64,000 nt of DNA. Origin: a virus. The translations under genes and the position numbers were made by a program. The notes under the pieces are model-generated. The model made no database searches and was not told where the DNA came from. It saw only the letters and a list, made by a program, of their open reading frames with translations. This document shows positions 36,621-46,447 of the stretch, piece after piece; position 1 is the first letter of the stretch, and the number at the start of each line of letters is the position of its first letter. The stretch covers positions 6,146 to 70,145 of the IMG/VR virus record IMGVR_UViG_3300031952_000015; one strand, given 5' to 3'.

Positions 36621-37886
36621 TCATATCAACACGACTGCTCTTCCCGCGAGCGGGCTTCCAAATGTGATTGTCAGATTGTTTGCATCGACCAGCACGACTG
36701 TCGCTGGAATCACCATGTTGTCAGTGCCATCATACACCTGCACGATAGCATACTTCTGGTTCAGCGCGTGATTCACATTCCACGTTGAACTCGGTGCAGC
36801 TTGGATGTGACAGTAGTATCCGCCGCCCCCGCCTCCGCCCGCTTGCGGCTCCCATTGGCTCGCGCCATCGTTCCAAGTGAGGACATTCGTGTTCGCAGGC
36901 GCGGCAGCCGAGACATTCCTGCCCTGAAGTTTGTTCGCGTTCCACTGGGCGGTGTCTTTCCCCACCTGAGTAGCGGTGACTGAGTGCGGGTTTGACGTGC
37001 TGGCGATGTGAGAATCTATCGTGCTGTGAGCATTCGTTCCTGCGCCGGAGAGGTTCTGATGGACGATGTTGCCCTCTGCGATGTTTATTCCGACATCATT
37101 CGCATTCGCGGTCAGAGTAATCTTGCTGCTGCTCGCGGTGAGGCTCTTGAACTGCAAATCAACGCCTATCTTCTGCTTGTATACCCCGTAAGTGGTGACT
37201 CCGAGGTTTGAGGCAGTATTGGCTTCACCGCCTCCGCCGCCAGGAGATGCCTGACCGCCCAGTATCTTCGCCTTGCCTGTGATAGCAGAACCGAAGGTGA
37301 CGATGAGATTGTTGCTATCGCTGACTGTGATGCTCTCAGGCTCTATCGGATTCCCGCCCGAATCAAAGCACAGGACACCCGGCTGCAAGTCGCCCAAGTT
37401 GTGTGCAACGCTCCAAGTCGCGCTCGCGCCTGATTGGTTGTGGAGATAGGTCGCGACTCCCGCTGCGCCGTAGCCGAACTCATTGAGAACTCTCAAGTCA
37501 GTGATGTCCGCGTTGACAATCTGCGTCACTGAATCCTGAATATAGACTCTTGCTAAGACGACGTAGATGAGAGGATTGTAGGTTGGAGTGTGCGGTTCTG
37601 TTGATGCGGTTCCAGTTATCGCGCTTGCGGTTCCCGCGCTATTCACGACTATCAGGTCAATCCTGTCAAACGAAGGGTGCGCGGCAGCTATCGAGACAGT
37701 CTGCGGCACGACATTGATGTTTGAGATTCCGAAGAACACCGTTCCTGTGGCAACCTTCACACTCATTCCGAGTGGGGCATCTTCAGTGACTAAACATCCA
37801 CTCCTCACAGCGTTCTTCATCAGAAGAGCTAAGTTGTTTAAATCGCTGACGTATGCTCTTTCACTCGGATTAAAAGTCAATACCAT
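36621..37886 (-). CDS. Tail fibre / baseplate-attached structural protein
   Basis: RIDLIVV...LARVY fibre N-terminal domain; two HxQxxxSxTWxVxHxL domains. Confidence 0.7.
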   Translation of the reverse strand: MVLTFNPSERAYVSDLNNLALLMKNAVRSGCLVTEDAPLGMSVKVATGTVFFGISNINVVPQTVSIAAAHPSFDRIDLIVVNSAGTASAITGTASTEPHTPTYNPLIYVVLARVYIQDSVTQIVNADITDLRVLNEFGYGAAGVATYLHNQSGASATWSVAHNLGDLQPGVLCFDSGGNPIEPESITVSDSNNLIVTFGSAITGKAKILGGQASPGGGGGEANTASNLGVTTYGVYKQKIGVDLQFKSLTASSSKITLTANANDVGINIAEGNIVHQNLSGAGTNAHSTIDSHIASTSNPHSVTATQVGKDTAQWNANKLQGRNVSAAAPANTNVLTWNDGASQWEPQAGGGGGGGYYCHIQAAPSSTWNVNHALNQKYAIVQVYDGTDNMVIPATVVLVDANNLTITFGSPLAGRAVVLI

Positions 37887-37896
37887 TTTTCATCCC

Positions 37897-38337
37897 TCAC
37901 ACATTCGCAAATGCAATCGTGAATTTCACTCTCGCCCCGTCGATCGTTGTCTTGTCAAAGTCAATCACTACTCGGTTGAGCATCGTTCCGCTCGATGCGC
38001 TGTTGAAGATTCCGCACTCGCGCCAGTGGCCTATCGCTTCAGAATCGATAAAGATGGTCTCCGCGGTAAGTATGCCGATGGCTGTGCTGATGTCTGAGCA
38101 GACTTTCCGAGCGAGTTCCGAACCGAGCGTAGTCTGAGTCAGCGCAGCAGCAGTCCCGTCAGTCCCGACGGCGATGTGCGACACAGGATTAGGAGTGCCC
38201 GCTTTCAGCCTGTCCGTAATCATCGAAAGCCCGGAATTGACGATGAGATTCCTCGATACGTACATAAGTTCCCCTGTCCTTAAGTTGTAGATTTCGACCA
38301 TCCCGGTCACTTTGATGCGCTCAGAGCCATTCACCAT
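37897..38337 (-). CDS. Tail fibre attachment protein
   Basis: NLIVNSG...HIAVGTDG...L.SELARK...ECGIFN...GTMLNR. Confidence 0.75.
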   Translation of the reverse strand: MVNGSERIKVTGMVEIYNLRTGELMYVSRNLIVNSGLSMITDRLKAGTPNPVSHIAVGTDGTAAALTQTTLGSELARKVCSDISTAIGILTAETIFIDSEAIGHWRECGIFNSASSGTMLNRVVIDFDKTTIDGARVKFTIAFANV

Positions 38338-38942
38338 AGCAACTTCCCCCCGTCAATCAGACTCGACTCCCAGATGAACCAAGGCAGTTCAGTGAGATGC
38401 TTCGCTTCTGCAACGTCAGACACCGCCATATCTTCAGTCAGGAGTTCTCCGCTTAGCAGCCATTCATAGAACGGAAAGATCCCAGCTGCCTTCACGTCAA
38501 GGACGGTGCTCTTCGTCGCGGGGATCCGCAGCATCTGCTCTGGCGTCAAGATCGGCACTGAGATCCTGAGCTTCATCGGCTCAAACTCATTGATCGCGAT
38601 GTCGCCGACCGGGATCTCCATGATGTCTGAGATCGCCCTCTTGATCGCGTAGAGAGTGCCGCCTCCCTGGAAGCTCGGCACGAATGCCTTGATCCGCTGC
38701 CTGAATGAATCATCTGTCTCGCTCGGCAACCTTGTGAGCTTGAAGATCTTGCCCAAGTCATCAAGATATATTCCAGTCGCAGCGTTGACAAAGACCTCAA
38801 GATGAAGCCGCGCAGTCTCGTCCGAGAGGCCATCGAGCTCGCTCACCAATGACAGGAGGATCTTGTACGTCCTGCTCTCGGGGCTCTTCGCCCACCAGTG
38901 AGGCAGGTTCTCAAGTATCGAGTCGACTCGCTCAGCTCCCAT
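38331..38942 (-). CDS. Baseplate wedge protein (P2 gpI / Mu gp48-like)
   Basis: ATGIYLDDLG...R...ETDDSFRQRIK...GGT; KAAGI. Confidence 0.75.
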   Translation of the reverse strand: MGAERVDSILENLPHWWAKSPESRTYKILLSLVSELDGLSDETARLHLEVFVNAATGIYLDDLGKIFKLTRLPSETDDSFRQRIKAFVPSFQGGGTLYAIKRAISDIMEIPVGDIAINEFEPMKLRISVPILTPEQMLRIPATKSTVLDVKAAGIFPFYEWLLSGELLTEDMAVSDVAEAKHLTELPWFIWESSLIDGGKLLW

Positions 38943-38972
38943 TGTCCTCAAGCCCTATCTCCGCTTTTCCCG

Positions 38973-38987
38973 TATTTAAATGCGATT
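38973..38987 (-). promoter_or_regulatory. Putative late promoter AATCGCATTTAAATA
   Basis: Member of the repeated 15-mer family; intergenic. Confidence 0.6.
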
Positions 38988-38993
38988 CTTTCA

Positions 38994-41081
38994 TCAGAGC
39001 GATCCCACCGTCACCGTCCCGGCACGCGCGACCTCTCCGCTTGAGATCAAGACGTCAGCTGCTGGGACGTTCACGACCACATTGATCACTCCAGGCGTCT
39101 CCATCACCTGGTCAATGATCTCGGCGAGGTAGACATCAGATCCGATGTCCTTCGCGTTCAGGAAGTCCTCGATGACCGACTTAACTGCGGCACTGACGGT
39201 TGTGAATGTGTGCCCTCCAACCACGTCGACCGCGATGTCGACGTCGACATTGACTGGGACGACCGTCGGCTCTGCCCAGGTAGCGTCGATCCCTGCCGAC
39301 CGAGTGTCATCGATCGCGGCAGTGACCAATACCCCGATCGCTGGCGGGAGCGGGATCGTCGACCCGATGACAAAGATCTCGACGTGCCCGAGCCACCGGT
39401 AATTGTAGTCAGTGTAGAAGATTGTGCTGTTGTCTGGGTTTTTCGCGTCATCGACCCAGAACACCTCTGAGTCAGAGATATAATAGTCAGTATTCTTGAC
39501 GAATGTGACTGGGGCGCCTCCACGAGTTCCCGTGATCTCGAAGTCGGGATCGTCCTGCGCGACCTCGAAGTCCAGTGCTTGGCTCGGCGTCGCAGCAAAG
39601 CTGATGTGGGTGTGCGCTTCATTTGATTTCGTCTTGGACGGCATATCATCAACCACGACTGAAATGATGCCCTCGATCGCCAAGATGTTCTGCCTCAATG
39701 CTTCTGCTGTAGCCTTTGATGCCAAGTGGACAGCATTCTTGATTCTCTCCCTGAGGTCATCATCTGCCTCGACATCCGTGCCGCCAGATTGCGAGACATA
39801 GTTCATCACTGAGTCGACATTCACGATGAACGATACCTTGTAGAGGATCTTCATCCGGTTGACGTTGTACTTCGTCCCGACAGCCTCTGAATCGCACAAT
39901 GCCTCCTTGCTCAGCGGGACATAGCTCGTTAAGAAGTTCGTCCCAGTGTCTGGCAGCGTCCCAGTCTGGATGAACTGCACGGCGTCGCCGACGTAGTCTT
40001 GAGACTCAGAGACTATCCAGTAGTCCATCTTCAAGTCACCAGACGCCATTGTGTCGGTTGCTAAATTTGTCGTGATGGTGAACCTGAGATAGTTCATCGC
40101 CTGATGGTTCGGGAATCCCTGCGTGATCGTCTCAGCTGCGTTGAATGGGATCTTCAGCGGATTCCAGCCGATTGCGAGATCTCTCTGGTAGAGCTTGTAG
40201 GAGAATGAGTTCGCGCTGCTCCCGCCAGATCCGAACGCTATCGTCAAGTAATTTATCTTCGCGAGTGTGCCAGCGCCATTGACGTAGATCCACAAGAATC
40301 CGTCCCGGCCGGTCGCATCCTTCACTGAGCCGAGGGTCTTGTCATAGTAGACTGTCGCTGCGCCAGCGGTCGACTTCCCGAGCTTGAGCGATCCAGTGCC
40401 CTGCTTGAAATCAGCGTTGTCGAGCGCGATGGCAGTCGCTCCTGCGCCCGAATTCCAATCCGTCGTCGCATCACACGCGTCGCACTCAACAATTGTGTTG
40501 ACGTCGATGACAACATTTGAAACATTCCGGATGACTTGGAAGTCGACTCCCTCAGTGAACGTGAACCCTCCGCCGCCGGCGGTCCCAGTGAGGCTCGAGA
40601 TGCTCGAGATGAACCGCTCATCGAGAGCGTAGTCATAGATGCCGTTCACGAACTTGTTGGACTCGCCGGCAATCGTTGCTGAGAACGTCGTATTCGCGCT
40701 CACCACGAATCTCAATTGCTCTTCAGCGGTGTTCGGCTGAGTGCTGACGATGGTCCCAGCTGGGATGGTGAAGTCGCCAAGTGCTGGAGTCCGCCGGATG
40801 AAGCTCACGTTCCCCTCAGACTTCGTCCCCTGCTTCCGCACAACCCCGACCAGCTCTCCGAGATTGTCGAGGTCGATGCCGGTCGAATAGTCGATCCGAG
40901 TCCCCTGGTAGACGTTGTCGAGCTGGATGTAGAGGTCGTAGAGCTCGGCGCTGATCGCTTCGACGAACGAGCGGAGCACTGACCCGACATTCACGTCAGT
41001 GACCTCATCTACGTTGACGACGATCTCGATGAGGATCCCGTTGACGATCTCTTCCTGCGTTTTTTCCGTGAACACTCCCAT
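38994..41081 (-). CDS. Baseplate J-like protein with inserted beta-sandwich domain
   Basis: GSVLRSFVEA, TGIDLDNLGELVGVVR, GGTDVEADDDLRER, IGSDVYLAEI. Confidence 0.88.
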   Translation of the reverse strand: MGVFTEKTQEEIVNGILIEIVVNVDEVTDVNVGSVLRSFVEAISAELYDLYIQLDNVYQGTRIDYSTGIDLDNLGELVGVVRKQGTKSEGNVSFIRRTPALGDFTIPAGTIVSTQPNTAEEQLRFVVSANTTFSATIAGESNKFVNGIYDYALDERFISSISSLTGTAGGGGFTFTEGVDFQVIRNVSNVVIDVNTIVECDACDATTDWNSGAGATAIALDNADFKQGTGSLKLGKSTAGAATVYYDKTLGSVKDATGRDGFLWIYVNGAGTLAKINYLTIAFGSGGSSANSFSYKLYQRDLAIGWNPLKIPFNAAETITQGFPNHQAMNYLRFTITTNLATDTMASGDLKMDYWIVSESQDYVGDAVQFIQTGTLPDTGTNFLTSYVPLSKEALCDSEAVGTKYNVNRMKILYKVSFIVNVDSVMNYVSQSGGTDVEADDDLRERIKNAVHLASKATAEALRQNILAIEGIISVVVDDMPSKTKSNEAHTHISFAATPSQALDFEVAQDDPDFEITGTRGGAPVTFVKNTDYYISDSEVFWVDDAKNPDNSTIFYTDYNYRWLGHVEIFVIGSTIPLPPAIGVLVTAAIDDTRSAGIDATWAEPTVVPVNVDVDIAVDVVGGHTFTTVSAAVKSVIEDFLNAKDIGSDVYLAEIIDQVMETPGVINVVVNVPAADVLISSGEVARAGTVTVGSL

Positions 41082-41094
41082 TTTTCTTTTCACC

Positions 41095-41520
41095 TCAGAT
41101 CCATAGCGCATAAATCAAATTCAGCGGCTCCAAACTATTGATCGGCAGCACGATGATGTCGATGTCGATGATCTGCTTGCTGCTCAGCGCCCTGAAGTTC
41201 GGCCGGATCCTCGTGATCTCATTGATCCTCGGCTCCTGGAGCAGCGCCTCTCGGACGTTCATCTCAGCGATCGAGAGCGTGAGGCTGTTCGCATTTGTCC
41301 CGACCAGCTCATTGAGCCGGCAGCCGTAATATGGGTGCAATGACAGCTCACCGATCGCGGTGCGGAGCCGATTGATGATCGCCTGCTTGAGGTCGTCGTA
41401 GTATCTCATCGTCTTGAAGTCTTGGGTCGAACCGATCTCTAAGTCTGAGTCTGAGTTCAAGAATAGGTCTCTGCCGAGATGTTCTTCTGGGAAAAGCTCT
41501 GCTTGCTCCTTTGAAATCAC
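41095..41520 (-). CDS. Baseplate wedge gp25/GPW-like protein
   Basis: LKQAIINRLRTAIGELSLHPYYGCRL...EALLQEPRI. Confidence 0.85.
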   Translation of the reverse strand: MISKEQAELFPEEHLGRDLFLNSDSDLEIGSTQDFKTMRYYDDLKQAIINRLRTAIGELSLHPYYGCRLNELVGTNANSLTLSIAEMNVREALLQEPRINEITRIRPNFRALSSKQIIDIDIIVLPINSLEPLNLIYALWI

Positions 41521-41852
41521 AATGTCACCTCCACGAAGCCGTTCGACCCAGCTGAGTCGACCTCAGTCGGGTCAGCTGAATGTGAGTCGCCAACCAAGCA
41601 CATCTTTAATCCCTGGACAGTGACAAATGACTGCTGGAAAACAGTCGGGCTGAACGAGTGAGAGTGGAACAGCGGCGGCGTGACTTGGTACTGATGGTTC
41701 GGGATCTCCATAGTGCCGTCCTGGACCATGATCTGGGCTCCCAGGATGAAGCAGAAGCCATTCGAGCCAGGCAGGACTGATCCTTCTACAGGGCCGACGA
41801 CTGTGGTCCCAGTGTGGACTGAGGAACCATCTGCGCAAGCTGCTTTGGCCAT
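41517..41852 (-). CDS. PAAR-like spike tip protein
   Basis: Small, directly after the spike; GSNGF repeats, His/Cys residues, VTVQGLKMCLVGD. Confidence 0.55.
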   Translation of the reverse strand: MAKAACADGSSVHTGTTVVGPVEGSVLPGSNGFCFILGAQIMVQDGTMEIPNHQYQVTPPLFHSHSFSPTVFQQSFVTVQGLKMCLVGDSHSADPTEVDSAGSNGFVEVTL

Positions 41853-42448
41853 CAGAACACCCCCGGGACGTTCCGGTGATCGATGGCGACGCCCCGGAGC
41901 ACCAAATTCCCAGCTGAGTCGCACTCGATCCCGAAATTCGCGGCGTTAAAGAGCTTGAAACCCCCGTCTGAGCTGAGCTTGATCCTCGCTCCATTGTTGA
42001 GGTCGCCGCTCGCGTCCGCGATCCAGATGATGACGTCGTTGTTGTCCTTCATGAGGATCAGCGATCCCTTCTCTCTCGCCACGATGATGAGCTCGTCGAG
42101 CTTGATGACTGGGACTGAGTCTGGGCTCGTGGTGAAGTAGTCGAAGAGAGCGCCCAAGATCATCGGCTCCTCGTCGATGAATGCCACCAGGACGAAGTCG
42201 CCGACTGAGGGATACTTGATGATCCCCTTCCCATGGCCTAATCCGATCCCGGCCATCGGGACGTCGTCGTACGTCAGCTTGAAGTTCATGTGCTTGATGT
42301 TGCACTTGAAGTCTGTGATGTAGCCGTCATTCCCGCGCGACTTGACGTCAGTGACTTGCCAGATGGAGACGCCTAATTTCTTCTCCTCGATCTGCTTGCT
42401 GATGAGATCTTTGATCACCTTCACCATATTCTTCGGCTCAGCGAACAT
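41852..42448 (-). CDS. Baseplate central spike (gpV-like)
   Basis: OB-fold YPSVGDFVLVAF...PMILG followed by beta-helix repeats. Confidence 0.8.
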   Translation of the reverse strand: MFAEPKNMVKVIKDLISKQIEEKKLGVSIWQVTDVKSRGNDGYITDFKCNIKHMNFKLTYDDVPMAGIGLGHGKGIIKYPSVGDFVLVAFIDEEPMILGALFDYFTTSPDSVPVIKLDELIIVAREKGSLILMKDNNDVIIWIADASGDLNNGARIKLSSDGGFKLFNAANFGIECDSAGNLVLRGVAIDHRNVPGVF

Positions 42449-43758
42449 CAGAGACCCCTCCACTGGCGGATGTCTAATTCCTTGTCCCTCAGCTGCAGCG
42501 TGTCGACGTCCAAGATCCCAGTGTCGCTCAGCTGGAGATTCGCTGGGACGAATGTGCTCCCCTGAGTGATGCCAGTGATTGCCGCTGAGACATCATTCTT
42601 CGCGATCGTCCAAGTCAATCTCTTGATCAAGAAGACCTCGTTTCCGGTGAACCGGTCGTTGTCGTTCAGCGTGAATGGCTGGCCGACCATGAAGTCAGGA
42701 TGGAATTTCGTCTTGATGGTCAGCGAGTAGTTCTGCGCGAGCTTGAGATACTCCGACCTCGCGATCTTCTGGCACTCCTCATCTCCCTTCGCCTTCCGGT
42801 TCTCAAGGATCTGATAGTTGATGTGCCCTCCGTTGTTCTGCACTGCGATCGGGTCGACCGCGACGCCGTAGCTCGGCGGCGCGCCGAGGACTACGACTGC
42901 ATTGTACTGCGCAGTCAAGTCGCCATACTGGATGATCGTCGTGTTCCCCTCGTTGACGTCGAACCGCCATGAGTTCACTGAGAGGATCCCATCGCTCTGC
43001 GCGTTGAGCAAGTAGAACGGCGTCATGACATTCAAGTAGCCGTCGCCAGACTGGTGGACGATCAGCGCATACTTCTTCCTGAACTTCTCGAGGACGTCCT
43101 TCAGCGCAGTGCCGCCGTCAGTGATCAGGACTCGGTTCTTCGCGTCGAGGTCAATGAACCGCAGCTTCCATGCTGGAATCAGGTCTCGCTCGACTGGCGA
43201 GACGTTGAACTGGCCTTTCTGGAGACCTGCGATCTGCAAGAGAGTCTGGAACAGCTCGTAAGCGTTCCCAGACTTGTGCGCGTACTCGAGATTCCGGTAG
43301 TTCGACAGCCCGATGGTGCCATGCGCGGTGATGGTGTATGGGATGCTCCCCTTCATCCGCTCGAGCGTGATCTTCTCGATGTAGCCGTCGAAGATCAGCG
43401 ACATCTCTTGGCTCCCAGCGAAGTATGTGTTCTCGACGATGTCAGTGAACGTCCCATCTGAGTACTCGACGCTGAAGTTCCGCGTCCCCTGGATCACCTC
43501 GCCTGGGTCGCTCTCAGCCTCGCAGAAGTAGAGCTTCACGGTGTCGAACTTCTTGAGCCGGTTCGTATCTAATCCGATCTCATTCACTGGATGCTGGCGC
43601 TCGACGGAGCCTGGATAGTTGATGTAGTACGGCAACGAGAAGCTCAACGTGCCGCAGAGCGCGTCCATGTCGAACTCGCCAGACATGCTGTCGACTATCT
43701 CCGTCGCGATGGAGTTGTCTCCTGACCCGATCTCCAAAAGCACTTTTATGAATGTCAT
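42448..43758 (-). CDS. Baseplate hub protein (Mu gp44 / P2 gpD-like)
   Basis: IFDGYIEKI, YNAVVVLG, C-terminal FLIKRLTWTI; position between tube initiator and spike. Confidence 0.7.
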   Translation of the reverse strand: MTFIKVLLEIGSGDNSIATEIVDSMSGEFDMDALCGTLSFSLPYYINYPGSVERQHPVNEIGLDTNRLKKFDTVKLYFCEAESDPGEVIQGTRNFSVEYSDGTFTDIVENTYFAGSQEMSLIFDGYIEKITLERMKGSIPYTITAHGTIGLSNYRNLEYAHKSGNAYELFQTLLQIAGLQKGQFNVSPVERDLIPAWKLRFIDLDAKNRVLITDGGTALKDVLEKFRKKYALIVHQSGDGYLNVMTPFYLLNAQSDGILSVNSWRFDVNEGNTTIIQYGDLTAQYNAVVVLGAPPSYGVAVDPIAVQNNGGHINYQILENRKAKGDEECQKIARSEYLKLAQNYSLTIKTKFHPDFMVGQPFTLNDNDRFTGNEVFLIKRLTWTIAKNDVSAAITGITQGSTFVPANLQLSDTGILDVDTLQLRDKELDIRQWRGL

Positions 43759-44315
43759 ATCGTCCTCAACTGCAGTAATTTTTTAAATTCTTCTGCTGGA
43801 GCGAATGAGATCAAATTTACCGCAGTCCGTTTGAGGTTCGCCTGCCGGTACTCCTTCAGCAGCATCACGAAGGTCAAGTACGTCCTGATCCCAGCCTCGA
43901 CTGTCCCGCTAAAGTTCTCGATGATGTACTGCCCGGTGTCATCGTTCCCGACGGGAGTGACAAGCGTGATCGGCCTTCCAGAGTTCTTGAGCTGCGCAAA
44001 AATGTTTTTCTGCTCATTGAGGTTCAAGAGCGGATCTTCTAATGCTGAGACTTCAACGAGCCTGCCGCTCATCTCGATCTGCCGCGTGCGCATTGGCAGG
44101 AGCTTCCCAGTCAGCGTGATAGTATTCGACGACCTACCAGTCACGACGACGACTCCGCCGTTCGTGCCCGGCGCCTCGTACTCGATGATATTCTGCGCCC
44201 CGCCGAAGGTCTGAGTTTCCACCACCCTGAGCGGATACTGCTGGCCATCGGCGATGATGATATAGTTCGAGGCAGTCGACAAGACAGTTTGTTCGTTCGC
44301 CATCTTACCCTCCAA
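43755..44315 (-). CDS. Tail tube initiator (Mu N-like)
   Basis: IIEYEAPGTNGG...GRSSNTITLTG...LVTP...YIIE...F...LKEY. Confidence 0.7.
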   Translation of the reverse strand: MEGKMANEQTVLSTASNYIIIADGQQYPLRVVETQTFGGAQNIIEYEAPGTNGGVVVVTGRSSNTITLTGKLLPMRTRQIEMSGRLVEVSALEDPLLNLNEQKNIFAQLKNSGRPITLVTPVGNDDTGQYIIENFSGTVEAGIRTYLTFVMLLKEYRQANLKRTAVNLISFAPAEEFKKLLQLRTI

Positions 44316-45621
44316 TCGCGCGCGAGTCGCTGATGATCCTGCCAGCGATGATGTTCCCGATCCCGGGCGCGCTGCCCTCAGTGATCGGCCCAGCTGAGTA
44401 GACTGAGACGTTCGCGTTCGTGCTATACGACCTCTGGTTGTTCGCGATCTGAGACATGCTTGTCGGCTCTGACTTGATCCGCTTGACCTCCTTCTCTTCC
44501 TCCTCTGACTTGCCCTTGAAGACTCCTCCTAAGAGCCCGCCAGCTCTTGAGAGCCGGTCGGCAAGCTCGATGATCTTGGCGATGCCGTAGAGTATCGGTT
44601 TCAGGATCTCAGCCAACACCATGAACGCGAGCTTAAGAGGAGCCGACACGATCTTGACAAGAAACACGAGCGCTGGGATGAGCTTCTCGACGGCCTTCAA
44701 GATCATGTCCAACGCATTCGATGCGTCCTTTCCGCCGATGCCGACCGCCTTGAACGGCTCAGTGAGCGCCTTGCCGAACTCCGCGATCATCTCGATCCCA
44801 GGCTTCGCGATCTCCATCACGATGCGGAGCGCCAGCCCGACGCTCTTGACGACGTGGCTGAGGATCAAGAACACTGGAGTCAAGACTGCGCTGATCAGCG
44901 GCCCCATCGTCCGGATAGCCGAGTCGAACTGCGCGACGAACTTGTACCACGTGTCCCGGATGCTCGCCGTGAATTGGAACCACTTGGTCTGCATCCCGCC
45001 GACATTATTGATCCACATCCGCTGTAGGACGAAGACCACCGCGATGATCCCCAAGATGAACGGCAGAAGCGGAAGGAGCGTCGCGAAAAGGCCTGAGAAT
45101 CCCGCAGTCAATGCCTTGATACCTACCCCCATCTGAGAGACCATCCCCTGCATCCCACCACCAAAGATGGTTTGGATCCCCTTGGTCACGCCCTCAACAC
45201 TGTGTGAAAAGCTGCTAATGTAGTCAGTGAATCCTCCCATAAACCCGCCAGGCTCTGCTGCGACCTTCCGCATAGCGACCCCGATGCTTTCAAATCGGTT
45301 GACCATTGGAGTGATCACTCGGTTGAACCCTGGCAGGATGGCGCCCATCATGAGCTCGAACGGCTCTCTGACTTTCTTCGACTTCGCCGCCAGGTCTTCC
45401 ATCTGGTCGCCGATCGCGCCGAGCTGGTCTCGCGAGAGGCTTTGCGCCCCCTCGACGATCTCCCAAGCCCTGCGCTGCTGGAGGATGTCGCCAAGCACTG
45501 AATTCGCAGCGCCCTCATAGTAGACCATTGAGTTGTAGAGCGCTTTCTGCTGCGATAGGATCCCTTCTTGCTCGGCCTTGACCTCCTTCAAGTTCGTGTT
45601 GAAGGTTAGTTTAGTCTCCAC
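44305..45621 (-). CDS. Tape measure protein (short, 438 aa)
   Basis: Amphipathic helical Gly/Ala-rich sequence with a hydrophobic segment, after the chaperone genes; GTG start preceded by GGAGGA. Confidence 0.75.
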   Translation of the reverse strand: METKLTFNTNLKEVKAEQEGILSQQKALYNSMVYYEGAANSVLGDILQQRRAWEIVEGAQSLSRDQLGAIGDQMEDLAAKSKKVREPFELMMGAILPGFNRVITPMVNRFESIGVAMRKVAAEPGGFMGGFTDYISSFSHSVEGVTKGIQTIFGGGMQGMVSQMGVGIKALTAGFSGLFATLLPLLPFILGIIAVVFVLQRMWINNVGGMQTKWFQFTASIRDTWYKFVAQFDSAIRTMGPLISAVLTPVFLILSHVVKSVGLALRIVMEIAKPGIEMIAEFGKALTEPFKAVGIGGKDASNALDMILKAVEKLIPALVFLVKIVSAPLKLAFMVLAEILKPILYGIAKIIELADRLSRAGGLLGGVFKGKSEEEEKEVKRIKSEPTSMSQIANNQRSYSTNANVSVYSAGPITEGSAPGIGNIIAGRIISDSRAIGG

Positions 45622-45832
45622 GCTCTTCCTCCATCTCTTGACGAGCTTTTTCCGTCTCGAACTTTAATGCCTTGAAGTGCCTGAGCACCTCGCTGAACGG
45701 CCACTGAGCGACCTCGTGGATGGGGAGATTCCACCTGAGCGCCACTGCCGCCAAAAGCCACTCTTCGGTGTCATCGAGATACTCGTCGATGAACCGCTCT
45801 TCTCTGATCGCCTCCCCTACATCGACAAAAAA
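45611..45832 (-). CDS. Tail assembly chaperone -1 frameshift extension (gpE'/gpT analogue)
   Basis: The -1 frame after slippery T TTT TTG reads VDVGEAIREERFIDEYLDDTEEWLLAAVALRWNLPIHEVAQWPFSEVLRHFKALK... to TAA at 45611. Confidence 0.75.
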   Translation of the reverse strand, partial: FFVDVGEAIREERFIDEYLDDTEEWLLAAVALRWNLPIHEVAQWPFSEVLRHFKALKFETEKARQEMEEERGD

Positions 45833-46212
45833 CTTTTTATGTCGTACATGTAGTTGACTGTCGCGCTGAGCTTCAACACGGTCGATGTCTTCAACTTCTT
45901 GATCTCGAGCTCGCCAAAGCTCCCTCTCGTCGAACCGTCTGGCATCTTCGCGCTCACCATGCTCTCTGATATGAGCATGAGGCTGAAGGTGTCCAAATCG
46001 AGCCGCTCGCTCTGGCTGTTCCGGCCGTGAGTCGCTCGCCGCTTCGCCGCCAAGACCTTCTCGTACGGGACGTCGGTGAACTCGAAGTCGCCTTGTCCTG
46101 TGTGGCAGACGAGGTTCCCGTTCTCGAGCTTAGTCAAGAACACTGGGATCTCGTCCTTGGGTCCGATGTCGTTGGTCTCCTCTATCTCACTTGTCTCTTG
46201 GTCTGGTTCCAT
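45817..46212 (-). CDS. Tail assembly chaperone
   Basis: Between tube and tape measure; ends IKSFLSM across the slippery site. Confidence 0.75.
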   Translation of the reverse strand: MEPDQETSEIEETNDIGPKDEIPVFLTKLENGNLVCHTGQGDFEFTDVPYEKVLAAKRRATHGRNSQSERLDLDTFSLMLISESMVSAKMPDGSTRGSFGELEIKKLKTSTVLKLSATVNYMYDIKSFLSM

Positions 46213-46405
46213 TCTCTGTTCCCTCCAAGGGCTTCTCGCCCTGCTTCTTGATGAAGCACTCATTGATGGTGAGGTATCCGTTCTTGTATGAGAGCTCGAC
46301 GAGCGCTCCCTCAGTGATCAGCTTGAGCCAGTCGCCCTTCTTGAGCTCTGGCAGCGGCAGGTCGTATGTCCGCTTGTTCCGCTTCACGTCCGTGATCTGG
46401 CGCAC
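46187..46405 (-). CDS. Small hypothetical protein
   Basis: 72-aa ORF, GAGGTGA RBS. Confidence 0.55.
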   Translation of the reverse strand: MRQITDVKRNKRTYDLPLPELKKGDWLKLITEGALVELSYKNGYLTINECFIKKQGEKPLEGTENGTRPRDK

Positions 46406-46447
46406 GTCAAGTCACCTCAATCGAATGAAAAACAAAAACATCTCCGC

